Shown here one piece after another: positions 38,641 through 51,900 of a DNA stretch of 64,000 nucleotides (positions within the stretch are counted from its first letter, which is position 1; each line of letters opens with the position of its first letter). The stretch lies in NCBI GenBank assembly GCA_050084985.1, contig JBITNC010000001.1:158410001-158474000 (forward strand), given 5' to 3'. The stretch comes from Nageia nagi (lineage: Eukaryota; Plantae; Pinophyta). The position numbers and the translations under genes were made by a program. The notes under the pieces are model-generated. The model did no database searches. It saw nothing but the letters and a program-made list of their open reading frames with translations, and had not been told where the DNA came from.

Positions 38641-39007
38641 ATGGGTCGTAAACTGAGAAGTTTATACATAAATCCAAAAAAATTTGGTCAAAATCGTCCC
38701 CCTTGTACAACGGAAATGGTATCATTTCTGTCTTGCTTGGCATCAAATACAAATGATGATGCTAAATGTGTCAAGGAAAAGAACCTTTTGCTGACATGCG
38801 TTGATGCACAGGTTTGTCCATAATCCATTTCTCAAAGCCATTTTTCTTCAATTGATTGTTCAGGTCTGACATTAAACAATGTCTGTGAGTTCCTGTATTA
38901 ATTTCTCGTCTTACTTCAAGTTCTTCCATGTGCAACAGGGTGGGAAGAAGAAGAAGCCCTTTGCTACTCTTAACTACCACCTGCAGAGACTAAGCAAAGG
39001 AAGATAA
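38641..39007 (+). CDS. mS37: CHCH (twin CX9C) domain protein, probable mitochondrial ribosomal protein mS37 (Mrp10-like); join(38641..38811,38939..39007), 79 aa
   Basis: Exon 1 encodes MGRKLRSLYINPKKFG...C-X9-C...C-X9-C...DAQ and ends CAG|GTTTGT. The 127-nt intron ends TGCAACAG. Exon 2 encodes GGKKKKPFATLNYHLQRLSKGR*, containing the NYHLQRL motif I recall from the plant family. Frame is intact. Confidence 0.88.
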
Positions 39008-39829
39008 TCTGATATACATTACTTGTGGACCTCTAAAAATAAAATTCATGTTTTGGTAGGCCCTTGTGATAGCCTTTCCTAGCCACCATGGCTGGAAAAT
39101 ATTTCTTCTATGCTGAGAATATACTCTATTTGGATCCTAAGTGGTTTGGACTTTGAAGGTGGATGTCATAACATTGGAGAAATCAATATGCCTTTCTGCA
39201 ATGTGAAGTCTAGGAAATAATGGATGAACTTGAGGTTCAAATTGTGATTATTTAGCTCTTGACTAACTGTGAAACACCTTTTGCAACATGTTACAGTACT
39301 CTGCTCAAGGTCCATTGCGGAAGCCTACTCTTTGCCTTTGTGAATTGAGATTAATTTCTGTCAAAGGGCCTATTGACTTTTCTTTGAACAGGTTCTTTAA
39401 TGCATAGTTTCATGTCCTAATACTTCGTCCACCCTATTAGCCAGGATTATTATTGCCCCTTCTCTTACTTGGTAGTTATTATTAAATTTCTTCCAATTGT
39501 AGGATTCAGTAGCTATTATTGTGTATTGAAAGAGATACAAGTTCGTTCCAAAGCAAAATGGGTCAATCTCAAGCGTGCAAATAATGGCAATTTTGGCTAT
39601 ATCAATTGTACATTCCTTGTTTGAAGTTTTCGAACATTGTTGAGTTGTTTTCTTAAGAAAATAAAATGCTTTTTTGTTGTTTTCAAAACTTTAGGTTTAT
39701 TTGAAAAATTATTACAATGAAATTTGTAGAATATTACAAAACCTTAAAAAATAAGCAACACAACATAAAATAAGAGGAACACAACATAATTAAGGTTGGT
39801 CTATTTCTAGGTTCCTTATCCTTAATAAG

Positions 39830-39950
39830 GGGTTGGGTACTTTTTTTCAATAGGCAATCACCTACAACATGGGTTGAGTATTTTTTTAAATAGGCAATCA
39901 CCTACAACATGGGTTGGGTACTTTTTTTAATAGGCAATCACATACAACAT
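39830..39950. repeat. 40-bp tandem repeat, 3 copies
   Basis: GGGTTGGGTA-T-run-AATAGGCAATCACCTACAACAT repeated three times head to tail. Confidence 0.9.
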
Positions 39951-40459
39951 ACATTATGAGAGATTAAATATATGTTTGATATGTATTTAAAAGGTTGTGA
40001 GTTTTAAGGAAAAAGTGTAGATATGCAAGTAGTAGACAAATAATTTTCATTTATAGAAAAGAAAATCTGAAAATAATAAAGAAAAACCTGAAGCAGGTAA
40101 ATGGTATGATTAGTATGATTCTTTTTGTTGTAATGAATATTATAATTTGTAAAACAATATTATGTAGTATGAAGAGATTTTTGAAGAAGGAAATAATAAT
40201 ATTAGTGTGGACCCAAAAATGCATGTGTTTATAAACATGGTCTTGATTTTGATGAAATTTGATAATAAAGAAAGGAATATTATCATGATTACTATGTTTC
40301 TTTATCTTAATTCATAAAACAATACATTATGTAGCATGTAAAGGAAATAATAATGTGGCTGGACAAACTTGAGTGGTGTTTATTATGATGGTCTTAATTA
40401 ATTTCTTTAAAATTTGTTGATAAATAAAGGGAGAGATTGTTTTATGTTTGGTACTTGGT

Positions 40460-41110
40460 CTAAGGAAAATCTCTCTTCTTTATTCAGGATGATAAAAATA
40501 AAAAGGATTTACTTGTGGTATATACTATCAAGAAGTTAAATTTAAATACAAGTTCAAATCCTTTACAATGGGTTGGTTGCCACAAAGGAAGCAAATTATA
40601 ACTTCCGATATTATAATACCTTCCAATAAAGATAAATGTTTTTTATTTTATTTTTGTGATTATTATGGTTCTTCATAACATTTTAATGAATATCATAATC
40701 ACCAAAACAATATATTAAGCAACATGCATTTTTTTCTCATGTTTTTATAACTTAAATAATAACATTATAGTGGATAAAACTTGCACTTGTTTATCATGAT
40801 GGTCTTTATTACATAGTTTTTTTTTTTTTTTTTTTAATTTATAAATACAAGGAAAGATGTGTTACACAAAAATCTAGATACATGGAAAATCTCATCTTTA
40901 TTGTGGATAAAGTAGTCAAAAGGATTTGATTGTGGAATAGATTGTTAAGAAGCTAAAGTTGAACACAACTTCATATCCTTACCCTTTATAATGGATTGAT
41001 TATGACAAAGGAAGCAAATTAGAGTTTTTGTTTACTTGATTGTGTCATTAGTGGATACGATGTAGTGCTAAAAAAATATTGTGTGTAAATCATAGGCATG
41101 GAGCTTGGGA
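40460..41110 (+). pseudogene. Duplicated, very decayed gypsy protease remnants
   Basis: Two related segments (about 40464-40598 and 40884-41024) reading like IVD..SQKDLI...VKKLKLNT..YP. Confidence 0.4.
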
Positions 41111-44100
41111 GTCTTGAACATATTCCATTCTAATTAATAGATGCTTATGCTCTACCCCTAGTTCTTCCTACTTAAAATATGCCTATTATTACTACATAAT
41201 AGTTTAAGAAGGATCATTCCTAATTATTTTACCTTGTATACTTAATGAAAATATATTGAAAATCAAATACATTAAGCAATAAACTATCTAGTTGAGGTTT
41301 GAAATCAATGCCCTTACATGGATGGGCACTTTAATAATATGCCTTACTAAGGAATCTTACTTTGCAATAATTACAAGAATACACAATGACACATATCGAG
41401 ATAACCAAGTTTGATAGCTCACTCTTCTTTTCATCTACATGCATTTTATCTCTTCTCTATGTCATTATGTAATCCTCAATGTGATCATCTATCTTGGGTA
41501 GGGAAATGCAGTAAGTATTATGGGTGAAAAGCGAACTCAACCATAAATCATACTCTAAGATGTGTTCCATGCTAACTTCCCAATTTTTCTCCAAAATGAT
41601 TACTTAGATATATTATTTTTATAAATAGAACTAAAAGCAACTTACATGACCCATGGAAATGGTTTTCTAGAACAACTTGAAAACTAAATTTTATTTACCT
41701 TTACTCTTATCCTTAAGGTTCATTTTTGTTCTAAGTATGTTATGAAATTGTCTACATAAATATGAAGCGATGTTCTTTTTCTCTATGAGAGGTTTAAAAT
41801 ATTCTTCCTAAATTATCAGAATTACATATTACATGGAATATATTTGTAATCATCAATATGACTAAATAAAGTGGAAGAAATGGGATCTTCAAGGTGATAT
41901 AGATGCATTAGTGGGTGTGCATATATAAAATAAACATGTTAATGTCATCAAAGACCTCTTATTTATCATAGAAGGGCCATCACTTGTATACACAATCTAA
42001 TGAAGTAAATACTTAAATAGTAAATGTTTACTTGATCTAGTATATTATGATATATTACATAAAATATTATGTCATCTATAAGCTAATCAAAGATAGTATT
42101 ACTAGATTAAAATTTAACTTCGAAAGCTGGAAATTTAATAACAATATATGTTAATCATAAAGAGATAAAAAATTAAGGAAAAATACTTGTTTACTCTTAT
42201 GATAGTTTCACACATACATACTTAATTTTTTACTTATATGGATCTAAAAGCCAATGTAGAAAGATTAATAGCCTTGTTAAAAAAGTATTCATGGGAACAA
42301 CCAAATAGTTACCTCCAAAAGATTCCATGCAATCAACTTAGATGTATTACGACAAATCAAAATGCAACAAATAAATAAGTAACGAGAGCTCAAATCTACA
42401 CACACATTTGCTCTTATCGTTGAATATAATTAAAATATTCAAGCATATACAAGATTAAACAATATTATGTTTATTGTTCTCATATATGACTTATTTATCT
42501 AAAAGTTATCTTCATGCTTAAGAACTTCAAAAACATGAGCACTTGATGGAAAAGGCCATTGCAAGGAACTTATAATTCCTCTTTCATTGGAGATATCCCT
42601 AAAAAATACTAAAAAATATTAAACTATTTATTTATATCTCAAACCCAAAATAATTCTTCTATACTAATCTCTTTAGATCCTTTAGCTTTTCTTGAGCATC
42701 AACACTTCCTTTCATAGATTTACTTTGCCTTTTTTAGTTTGAAATAGAATTATATGAAAGATATAAGGATTGCCTACTCCTTACTCTTCCTTGAGAAAAC
42801 CAATATGGGCCTTGCTCTATTATATTCCCTTCTTAACAGTTGTCCATGAACATTCTAAGTGAAAGATGAAAATCCATTTATTGATAAGTTGATGCTTCAA
42901 TTCATGTCTTTGTAATGCATCATTCATGTCTCATGGTCAAATTGTTTTATACATTGCTCTTGGTGAGCAATTGTTCTTTTAGCCAAAATCTTGATAATGA
43001 CTTTCAATTATTAGATCTTCTCTTAAAAAAGAAATGATAAATTATTTTCTTACACTTATTATATAGGTAATGCAATAACATATTTGGAAAAAAAAATAAC
43101 TATATTAACTAAATATTGAGAAACTTGAGGCAACTCATGAACGAAAGGCATGATGGGCTTTCAAGGAAGCTCATCGATTTCCATGAATATGAGTTTAGTG
43201 TTGACTAACTCTATACATATTTGGAATTTTCATAACATATTTTTTTCATAATAACCAAATTAGATATAAAAGAGAATCTCTATTATAATGAAGAAATTAT
43301 TGAGCATAATTGGATATTACCTCTAAAGAATTATGCAATTATTGTTGAAGGACAATACATCATGAGATTTCCACATGAAGTAATTAATTCAAGCAAGCAT
43401 CCAAAAAAATGAAGCACATGATATGGGTGGGTAAATAAGCCTCATAATAATGCATCAATTAATAATAACGCTCAAAGGGAACTACCAACATTGGCATTTT
43501 AAGCTTAATATTGTGGCACTATGCATTCTTACAATATGTGGTAGAAGTGTCCTTTAAATAGGCACACAAAGTTCTCCTAATCCATGTGATATTACTCACA
43601 CAATTGGGTTATACAAAATATATTTTAATCTCAATGGTCGGTTTTACCTATCCATGTATACACTAATGAAATACATAGGAGTTAAATAAAAATGGCCCAA
43701 GTATTAAGAAATACTAATGTGTTAAATACAAATAAGTTCAATATATAGTCACACTAATTTTATCTTAATCTCTAAAACCCTCCCTTAACATAAACTTAGG
43801 AGGATCAATAATGTCTACAATATCATTTGAAGAGGTGAAGGTGTCATCAACTATATACCCTCCCTTGATGGAAGCTTCTTATGGAGTCTTATGCACACAC
43901 CTCAAATGAAAAAAGGAATTATCTTCATTCAATCCAAGTTTCCATTAAATCCCATAAAGAGAGCTTAATAGTAGTAAGTCTTAACTATTTCTCTAAATTG
44001 TTCTTTAGTTTTTCCTTAATGCCCCACTATGCTGGAGCTGGAGGAGGAGGAATATGAATGGGCACATTAGGATCCTCTCCCATTACCTCTTGAGTTTGGT

Positions 44101-47100
44101 TTGGACTTTTCCCTTTTCCTTTGTCTTTATAATGATTTGCCATGGTAGGATACAATGATCATTCCTACAAATTAAGATTGCTATGCCTGTTGAACCTGTT
44201 GTTGATGTGAACCATAATCAGAAGGTACATTTTGATTAGGCAACAATTGATTATAATGTGTAGTGGTGTCCATTGATTAACATTCCATTGGGATAATGAA
44301 TTTCGATAGACTTGTAAGTTAGCATTAGGAGTTGAAGAATTGCCAGTAGGAACCAACTTCCCTATATCAATGAAACTCTGAACTACCTTGTGTAAATATA
44401 TGCAATGATTGATGCTATGGACTTGAACCCTATGAAATTCACAAAACTCATCATCTTTATACCATGGTTTGGTGGCCCAACTAGGATCCCATCTAACTTC
44501 TGGTAATCTCAGCAATTTAGCATTATTTAGTTTTGAGAAAAGTTTAGATAAGGGTTCCCCCAATGGTGTGAATTTTCTTTGTTGCTTGGAAGAATGCCCC
44601 TATTCTTGATTCTAACCTTGATTCTAATTCTGTTTCTGATTATAAGTTTGATTTGGCACATTCATTTGATTTTATTGTATATTTTGCACTTGAGGTGGTG
44701 GTGGTGCTTGGAGCATTAATTGATTTACTTGGGGTTTTCCTCTGTTACTAGCACCATTATTATTAAATCCATAATCTCTATTATTTTTCTCTTTATTAAC
44801 CACCTTAATCTCACCATTTTGGACCATTACCTCTTTTATGACCTTGGCTTGATAAATGGCTTCCTCAAAGGTCCTATGCTGCTGAATTTGAAGATGTGTT
44901 GAGATTTGTTTAATGCAAATTTTACTGAATAATCTCACTGATTATTCTTAAGGCAAAGAGAATTTCATATCCATGATCAAATATCTCCATATAGCCAAAT
45001 AGTTAAATATGGACTCTTGATCAAATTGAGACAACTTCATGAGATCTATAATTGAGCTCTCTTCTTGATATTAATTGAGAAGTGTTCAAGGAAGAGATTT
45101 TCTAGTCGCTCAAAGGTGTGCAAACAATGTTCAGGCAATGAATTATACCAATTCATTGCTTGGCCACCAAGGGTTATTGGAAATGTCCTCAAAAGCAATG
45201 CATCATCATTAGCAATTTGGTAGCATGCATATTTAAAGTGCCTCAAATGCTCTTTTGGATCCTCTTGCTTTTGAATTTATCAATCTTGGGTACCTCAAAA
45301 TTTCTTGGATATGGTCTCATAGGAACCCATGGACTGATTGGTTCATTACATATCTCCCCATAGCTTATTCTAGACAACCCTGAATTTTTGGATTTTGCCT
45401 CTAATTCTTGTAACCTTATAATAATCTTATCTTCATAACTCATGTTGGGCTTATTTATGCCTATATAAGGTAGATTTGATCCACCATCAGGTGGATTTGA
45501 TCCACCATAGGGATGATTTTTTCTATCGCTTGGTTCACCTTGAGATTGAAATTGGTAGATTGATTATGGATTATTGAACAGGCTTAGTTGTCTCTCAAAA
45601 GAATGAGCATTTGGGTTATAATAATTGCCTTTCTGTACAAAAGATTTTCATTGCATATTTGGCCCATACTTTTGATGTGTATGATGATCATACACTTGTT
45701 GCATATTTTGAGAATGATATTGTGCACTAGTATCATAATCATATTGTGAATTGTTTCCATAAGCTTTTTGCATATTTGGTCCTTGAATTTGTTGAGATCC
45801 TTGAGAAATATTCTTATTCTAATTTTGTTGCTCATTAGACACTTGATTCAAAATCATAAGATATTGCATTTGTGCAATAATTTATTTTATTGCCTCCATA
45901 GTGTTGGAATGTATAATGCATTAGTAAAGGTTTTGTAATAATCTTCTATGTAAGTTCACTAATACTTAAGGGTATCATTTGATACCTTAAGTATTTAAGT
46001 GAATATGATAATGTAACTTGTCCTACACTCCATGTCATGAGCATGCCCCTTGGGTAAAAGGATGTGCATGTCATGCTTTTGTACATTGGATAAAAGGGTG
46101 ATCCAAAGAGGGATTTTAGCCTATAAATAGAAGGCTCCCTCTTTGCGATTACACACCAATTTGTGGACTAAAGTTGTGCTAGAGGATAGTGTTTAGGAGT
46201 TGAGATTAGGAGGATTGTAAAAGAATTGTATTTGTGATTGAAGTAAAGATCTAGTTAGTGATGTACTCCTAGTTGGAGGAACCATTTACATCTTGTGTTA
46301 TCTTTGTGAGATTGCTTTATGAGTTAGTTAGATGTGTTTTGTGAGCTTTCATGAGATCTTGAAAATATAGAGTTGTTTAGTTTATAGTTCATCTCTCTCA
46401 TTTGGTATCATAGCTTGGTTGGTGTGGAAGCTCCTCTTCTTGGTTTGGAAGCTCTTTTTGTTGAGGTAAAACTAAGAGAAGGTATAATATCCTTCTTTAT
46501 TGGTTATTGTTTAAGTATTGCATTTTGATACTAACATTTTTTTTTTTTTTTGTGTTAGTTTCTTTTTTTTGAGCAAAATTTGCCTAACAAATTACAATAT
46601 TTTATTTATACTAACCTCGTATGTTGATTACTATTTTTTTAAAAAATAATAAGGGGTTATTATAAAATTATCTTGTATTTTTTAATATTGCAAAAATAAT
46701 ATTACAAAATATGCTTGCAAACTTAATTTTATATGATGCAATTTGTGAGTACTAACATTTTATTGGGTTTCTTTTAATGTTTATATTTTTTTTCTAAAAA
46801 TATTACAAAAGGTTAGTAAACAAAAAAAATCTACAATCTGCTTCAAATTAATATTCAAAAGGGGAAAGTTTTTATACAAATTTTAACCTTTTTTTACAAT
46901 ATAGATACATTTATATTAAAAAAAATGAATATTGAAGGCGGACGATTTGGCGATGGTAGTGGCATTGGCGATGGTAGCCTGGTAGCATGAACCTCTACTC
47001 TGCTACCCTATATTCACTACCCCCTATGCTCCATTGCCCTTTGCTTCATTCCCTCTTCAATGATGGCACCCCCATTCCTCCTATGTGTGGTCTCCCAGTG

Positions 47101-48959
47101 GTATTGATGCCTAACCCATCCTTCGCCTCAATGCCTCCTTGCCTCCTCCATAAGCACCAACTCTCCTAGCTCTATGTAACCCTCTAACTCTTACATAGTG
47201 CCTCTATCTACTCCATACAACCCCTTCGCAACTCCCCTCACTCCTCCTAATCTCCTCCATTGGCTCATCTTTCACCTCCACCTCCGCCCTCTCCATCCCT
47301 GCCTCCTCTCATCCCTGCCAAGCCCTTAAGGTCGAATTCACCCTCTTCATTCTAACTTGTCACCCTTCTCTCGCCCCTTCTCTCTCTAGCATGAATTACT
47401 TAGTACATTTACATTATCTCATTTAATTTCTAAAAGTTGGTGCATTTAATAGATAAGTGCATTTAATTTCCTTTGATTGCTTTCAAGTCTTTTTTGGAGT
47501 GGCATGGAGTATATATGGTTGGCATTTAACACTGCTACATTTAATGTCTTAAGGTTATTTTTCTTATTCCATAAGTCTTCTTTTCCATCATTTCTCATTA
47601 AAATCACTCTGACTTACGTAGAGTTTGAGATACAATTGAATGATGACTTATTTTTATTGAAATTATTAAAAAAAGGGGAATGCATTTTTTTCTAGCAATG
47701 CTTTTTTAAGTAAAAGGGGGAATACTACTTTAATTTAGCAATTCTATTAAAAAAAATTGTAGAGTATTTACTTAAAATTAGAATGGATTTATACTTAGAA
47801 TTTTTAGCATGCAAAATATTTTTAAGGATAAAGTATTAAGTTAAGCTAAGTATGCTATCTTTAGGGGTACAACTTTAAGTAAAAATGAATAATTTGTATG
47901 AATTTTTTTACTTAAAGTTTAATGCATGTTGCTTGCTTAAATTTTTTAAGTTAAATTCTTAGAGCTTATATTTTTTAAGTTAAAATAATGCATGCTTATG
48001 ATTAGTACTTACATTTAGTACTTAATTTTTAAGTTAAAATGATGCATACTTATGCTTAGCACTTACTTTTTTAAAGTACATGCTTATTACTTAAAAACTT
48101 AAGTTATGATGCAATTTACTTCCTTATGTAAGAATGGACTTGTGCAAAAATTAGGAATGATGTAAAAGATGTTCTTTAGGGATTGGTAAACAAAACCCAT
48201 TGGAAACTTAGGTTTAAAATTTTGAATGGATAATGTTTTACTTATGCTCTTTTACTTCATGTTTCACATTTTGATTTATTTTCTTATGCAAACAAAATGC
48301 AAATATTGAAATGAGCAACCCCCTAAAATGAACACATCCTCATGTACATTCTATAACATGACTTGTTTAGGGAGCCATGAGGTGAGGATAGGCAGAATGG
48401 AGCCTTTAAGTCTAACAATACAAATGGTAAAAAGTTTGTACTTCTCAATTGCCCTTAAGTCCTCTGTTGGTTTGGACATAACTACAATAGGTGGACAGGC
48501 ATGTGTGTAGTTATACCACATGTCTGCACATCCATTCAAGGATTATCCTGATAACCTAAAAAGAGAACTTGAAACCTAATCAAGATTAATAATTTATCCG
48601 ATCTGATAAATGTCATAAACTTGGAAAATAGTAGTACTTCTCCTTATGAGAGTATAAAACTGACCAAGGTGAACTAGTTGAGGATTAGTAGTACTTGGGC
48701 TCCTCTTATGTGGGCATCCATGTGAAGGCATAATTTTAGAAAAGAAAACAAGCTTCAATAATGTCACTCTACATCTATGGTTCTTGAGATGAGAAATGTA
48801 TTTGGGTACATGGATTATTTGAGTTATAAAACATTTGCACTTGTAAATCAAATTATGCATGTCTTTTGTGTTAAAATTAATATTTATTTTTTACTTGGTT
48901 AAACTTAACATATAATGTTGTTAACCACATGCTTATTATTTCACATTCTTGTGTAGCAA

Positions 48960-51900
48960 ATGGGAGAATCCTTTTTACCCAAACACATTCTTGATGGATC
49001 TAACTTTGGGATTTGGGAACCACGGATGAGCTAAATTGTAGGCATGGAAGCTTTGGCAAATAGTGAATGAGAACCTTGTACCTCCTACATATGTGAAGGC
49101 ACTAGAGGTTTATAACACTAAGAATGAGTTGAAAACTTTCATGAGTTACCATGCAATTTTAGATGATATGCTCTTGATGATTTTCTCTTCAACCACGATA
49201 AAGAAAGCTTGGTATAAACTTAAATAAATCTACCTTAGTTCAATTTTTTTAAAAAGATTTACCATTCTCCAAAAATTACTTCAATCTCATCAAGGGGAAG
49301 ATGAAACTGTTACAATCTACTTGAAAAAAATCATTGACCTAAGGATTCAACTTGTTGCTTATGGGTGCAATTGGATCTATGATGAGTTCATGGTCTTAAT
49401 CATTCATCAAAGCTTTTCTTCAAAGTTTGGAAACTTTGTGATAGTTATGCAAATAATACTTGATGATGAATAAGAAGTCTTCTCCCTTGAGAACCTTTCT
49501 AAGCACCTTTTGAAGCATGAGAAAACCCTTAATAGTAAGGTGTTGATTTTTTCTCATAAAGATAATAATGTTACTTTTGGAGCAACCAAATCTCCTTTTG
49601 TTGGGTATGTTTCATCCTTTGTAAAGGAAATATCATGTACAACTATGTTTTGATGCAGGTAAGAAACGAAGGTACTTTTTTGCTCCAAATGGGACGAAAT
49701 TTTATGTGTAGATTCTACACATCCATACCTTTCCAATGGTATAAAGAACGCATAAAACAGAGCTCTGAGTCAAAAGTTATGACTTCTACAAGTTGGTTGT
49801 TTTTATAGGGACTGCAACTACGTTTTCCAGGGGGATACAGTTGGACAAAATATAATGGGTGGTTTTAACCCATGGTTTTATGCTCATTGTATTGTAATAC
49901 TACTATGTGGTTTTTGTATGGATTTATCTTATAAATATGGTAGTGTAATATGCATCAATTATCCTTTGGATCAATGCTTTTGCCTTGGGTTGGGCATGGA
50001 AGAGCATGATGGAGTATCCTAGAAGGATCTTGGATTAGTGTGTATGCCCTAGGTTGGGCATGGGAGCACATGATGGTGGATCTTAGATTAGATCTTGAGA
50101 GAATCAAGTATGCTCAAGGTTTGGGCATGGCACATGGTGATAGTGTGTGGTAATGCCTGTGATGGCATTATGGAAGGATGTCCATGGAGGCATTGCTTGT
50201 AATCATGGTGGAGTGATTGCATTGTGGGTGAAGAAGAAATCCATGTTTGAGGAGCCTGCTGACGAATATGACAGATGAAGAGTGGAACCTTCTCGATAGA
50301 AAGGCACTCGGAGCAATACGGTTGAGCCTCGCTGCATCAGTTGCCTTCAACATTTCGAAGGAAACAACGACAGAGGGTTTATTTCAGGCGTTGTCAAAAC
50401 TATATGAAAAACCCTCGGCCTCAAACAAGGTATTTCTTATGAAACGGTTATTTAATATGAAGATGTCGGAAGGTGGATCTGTTGCGGATCATTTAAATGA
50501 TTTTAATACTGTTACAAGTCAGTTATGTCAGGTATGTTTCAATCTCCCACTTGTTGAATCCTTTGCAAAGAGATCAACCAATCCTAAAAAAAAACTCACC
50601 AATCCAACCCATATATTCAAGCTTGAATATAAATTTACTCAGAACTCCCACTCCATGTGTAATCACCAATATAATCCAAATCACACATTAAACATCTACA
50701 ACATTTATCCAAGGACACAGACTGATTCACAATAGCTCCACCACTATTGCCTCTGCTGAAGATCATCTTCAAGCCACACCAAGGATATTCACCTCCTCCA
50801 GATTGTTCTTTCACCATGCTTTGAACCACCACACTAGATTAGTGTCAACCTTGCACCTTCTCCTGTGATCAACAAGCAACAAGACAATCTACCTTATTCT
50901 TTTTTTTTTTTTTTCAATGCTCCCACTGCTTCACCAATCTCCTACTTTCCACAGTCAAGAATAATACATTGAAAACTCTACCTTTCTAATTACAAGCTTC
51001 TGTATGCAGAATCTAGGAAGGGATAGGGCAAAAGAGATGGCCAATCTTATCTTGCAACAATCCGATTTCCTTAGTTCAAAATACAAGCTCAAACCTGGTT
51101 ACAATTCCTGCAACCCATTTTTTCTTTAGCTCCAGCTTCCACTCAAACTAGAATCCACCCAACCTTAAGCTCTGATACCAATTGTTGGGATTTATAATTA
51201 TTACGGAGCAATAGAACATAAAAAACATTTTAGAAATATAAGCACAGAAAATGCATAAACAAGAGAGACACAGATATACGTGGTTCACCCAGTTTGGGCT
51301 ACGTCCACACCAAACAGCCAGTCCTTCCTTTTTTATTATCCAGCAGAGTGAATAGATACAACCTACAGCAGATCCGCTGTAATATCCTCTATTTTCTCTC
51401 ACAGTCTCACGTTTCTATTTCTCACTCACCGAATCACGTCTGTTACTATGCCCTCATGCAAAAAGAGGGGTTTTTATCTAGGGAAAAAAGCCCTAAACCA
51501 AACATAAGTTCAACCGTCAGATTATTTGCCTGATAAACGGCCCAGATTGACTAGAAATTACTTTACTTTTACAAGGCAATTTTCCAGACGTTTTTAGCTT
51601 CCTGGGATATACATCCGGCTAAAATAAACAACTCTAAACAATCATGCTCCACACACAACAATCTCCCACTTAGAGAATGATTGTAGCAACTCCACCGCTG
51701 CTTCTTTTGCTGGACAATGACTCCTCTTTGGACCTGGCTGTTTCTCATCTTCATAGTCATCCTTGAAGACCAATTGAAACTGAGCATATTCTCAGTTTCT
51801 CCCTGGTTACAACTTTTGTTAGCATATCTGCAGGATTCTGGCTAGTATGTATCTTTTCCAGCTTTAATTCTCCATCTTCCAACACTGATCGTATGAAATG

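Noticed and set aside
43343-43990. Possible copia 3' LTR and PPT remnant on the minus strand
   Set aside because: A PPT-like CCCTCCCTTAA is visible near 43778, but LTR boundaries and a TSD cannot be fixed.
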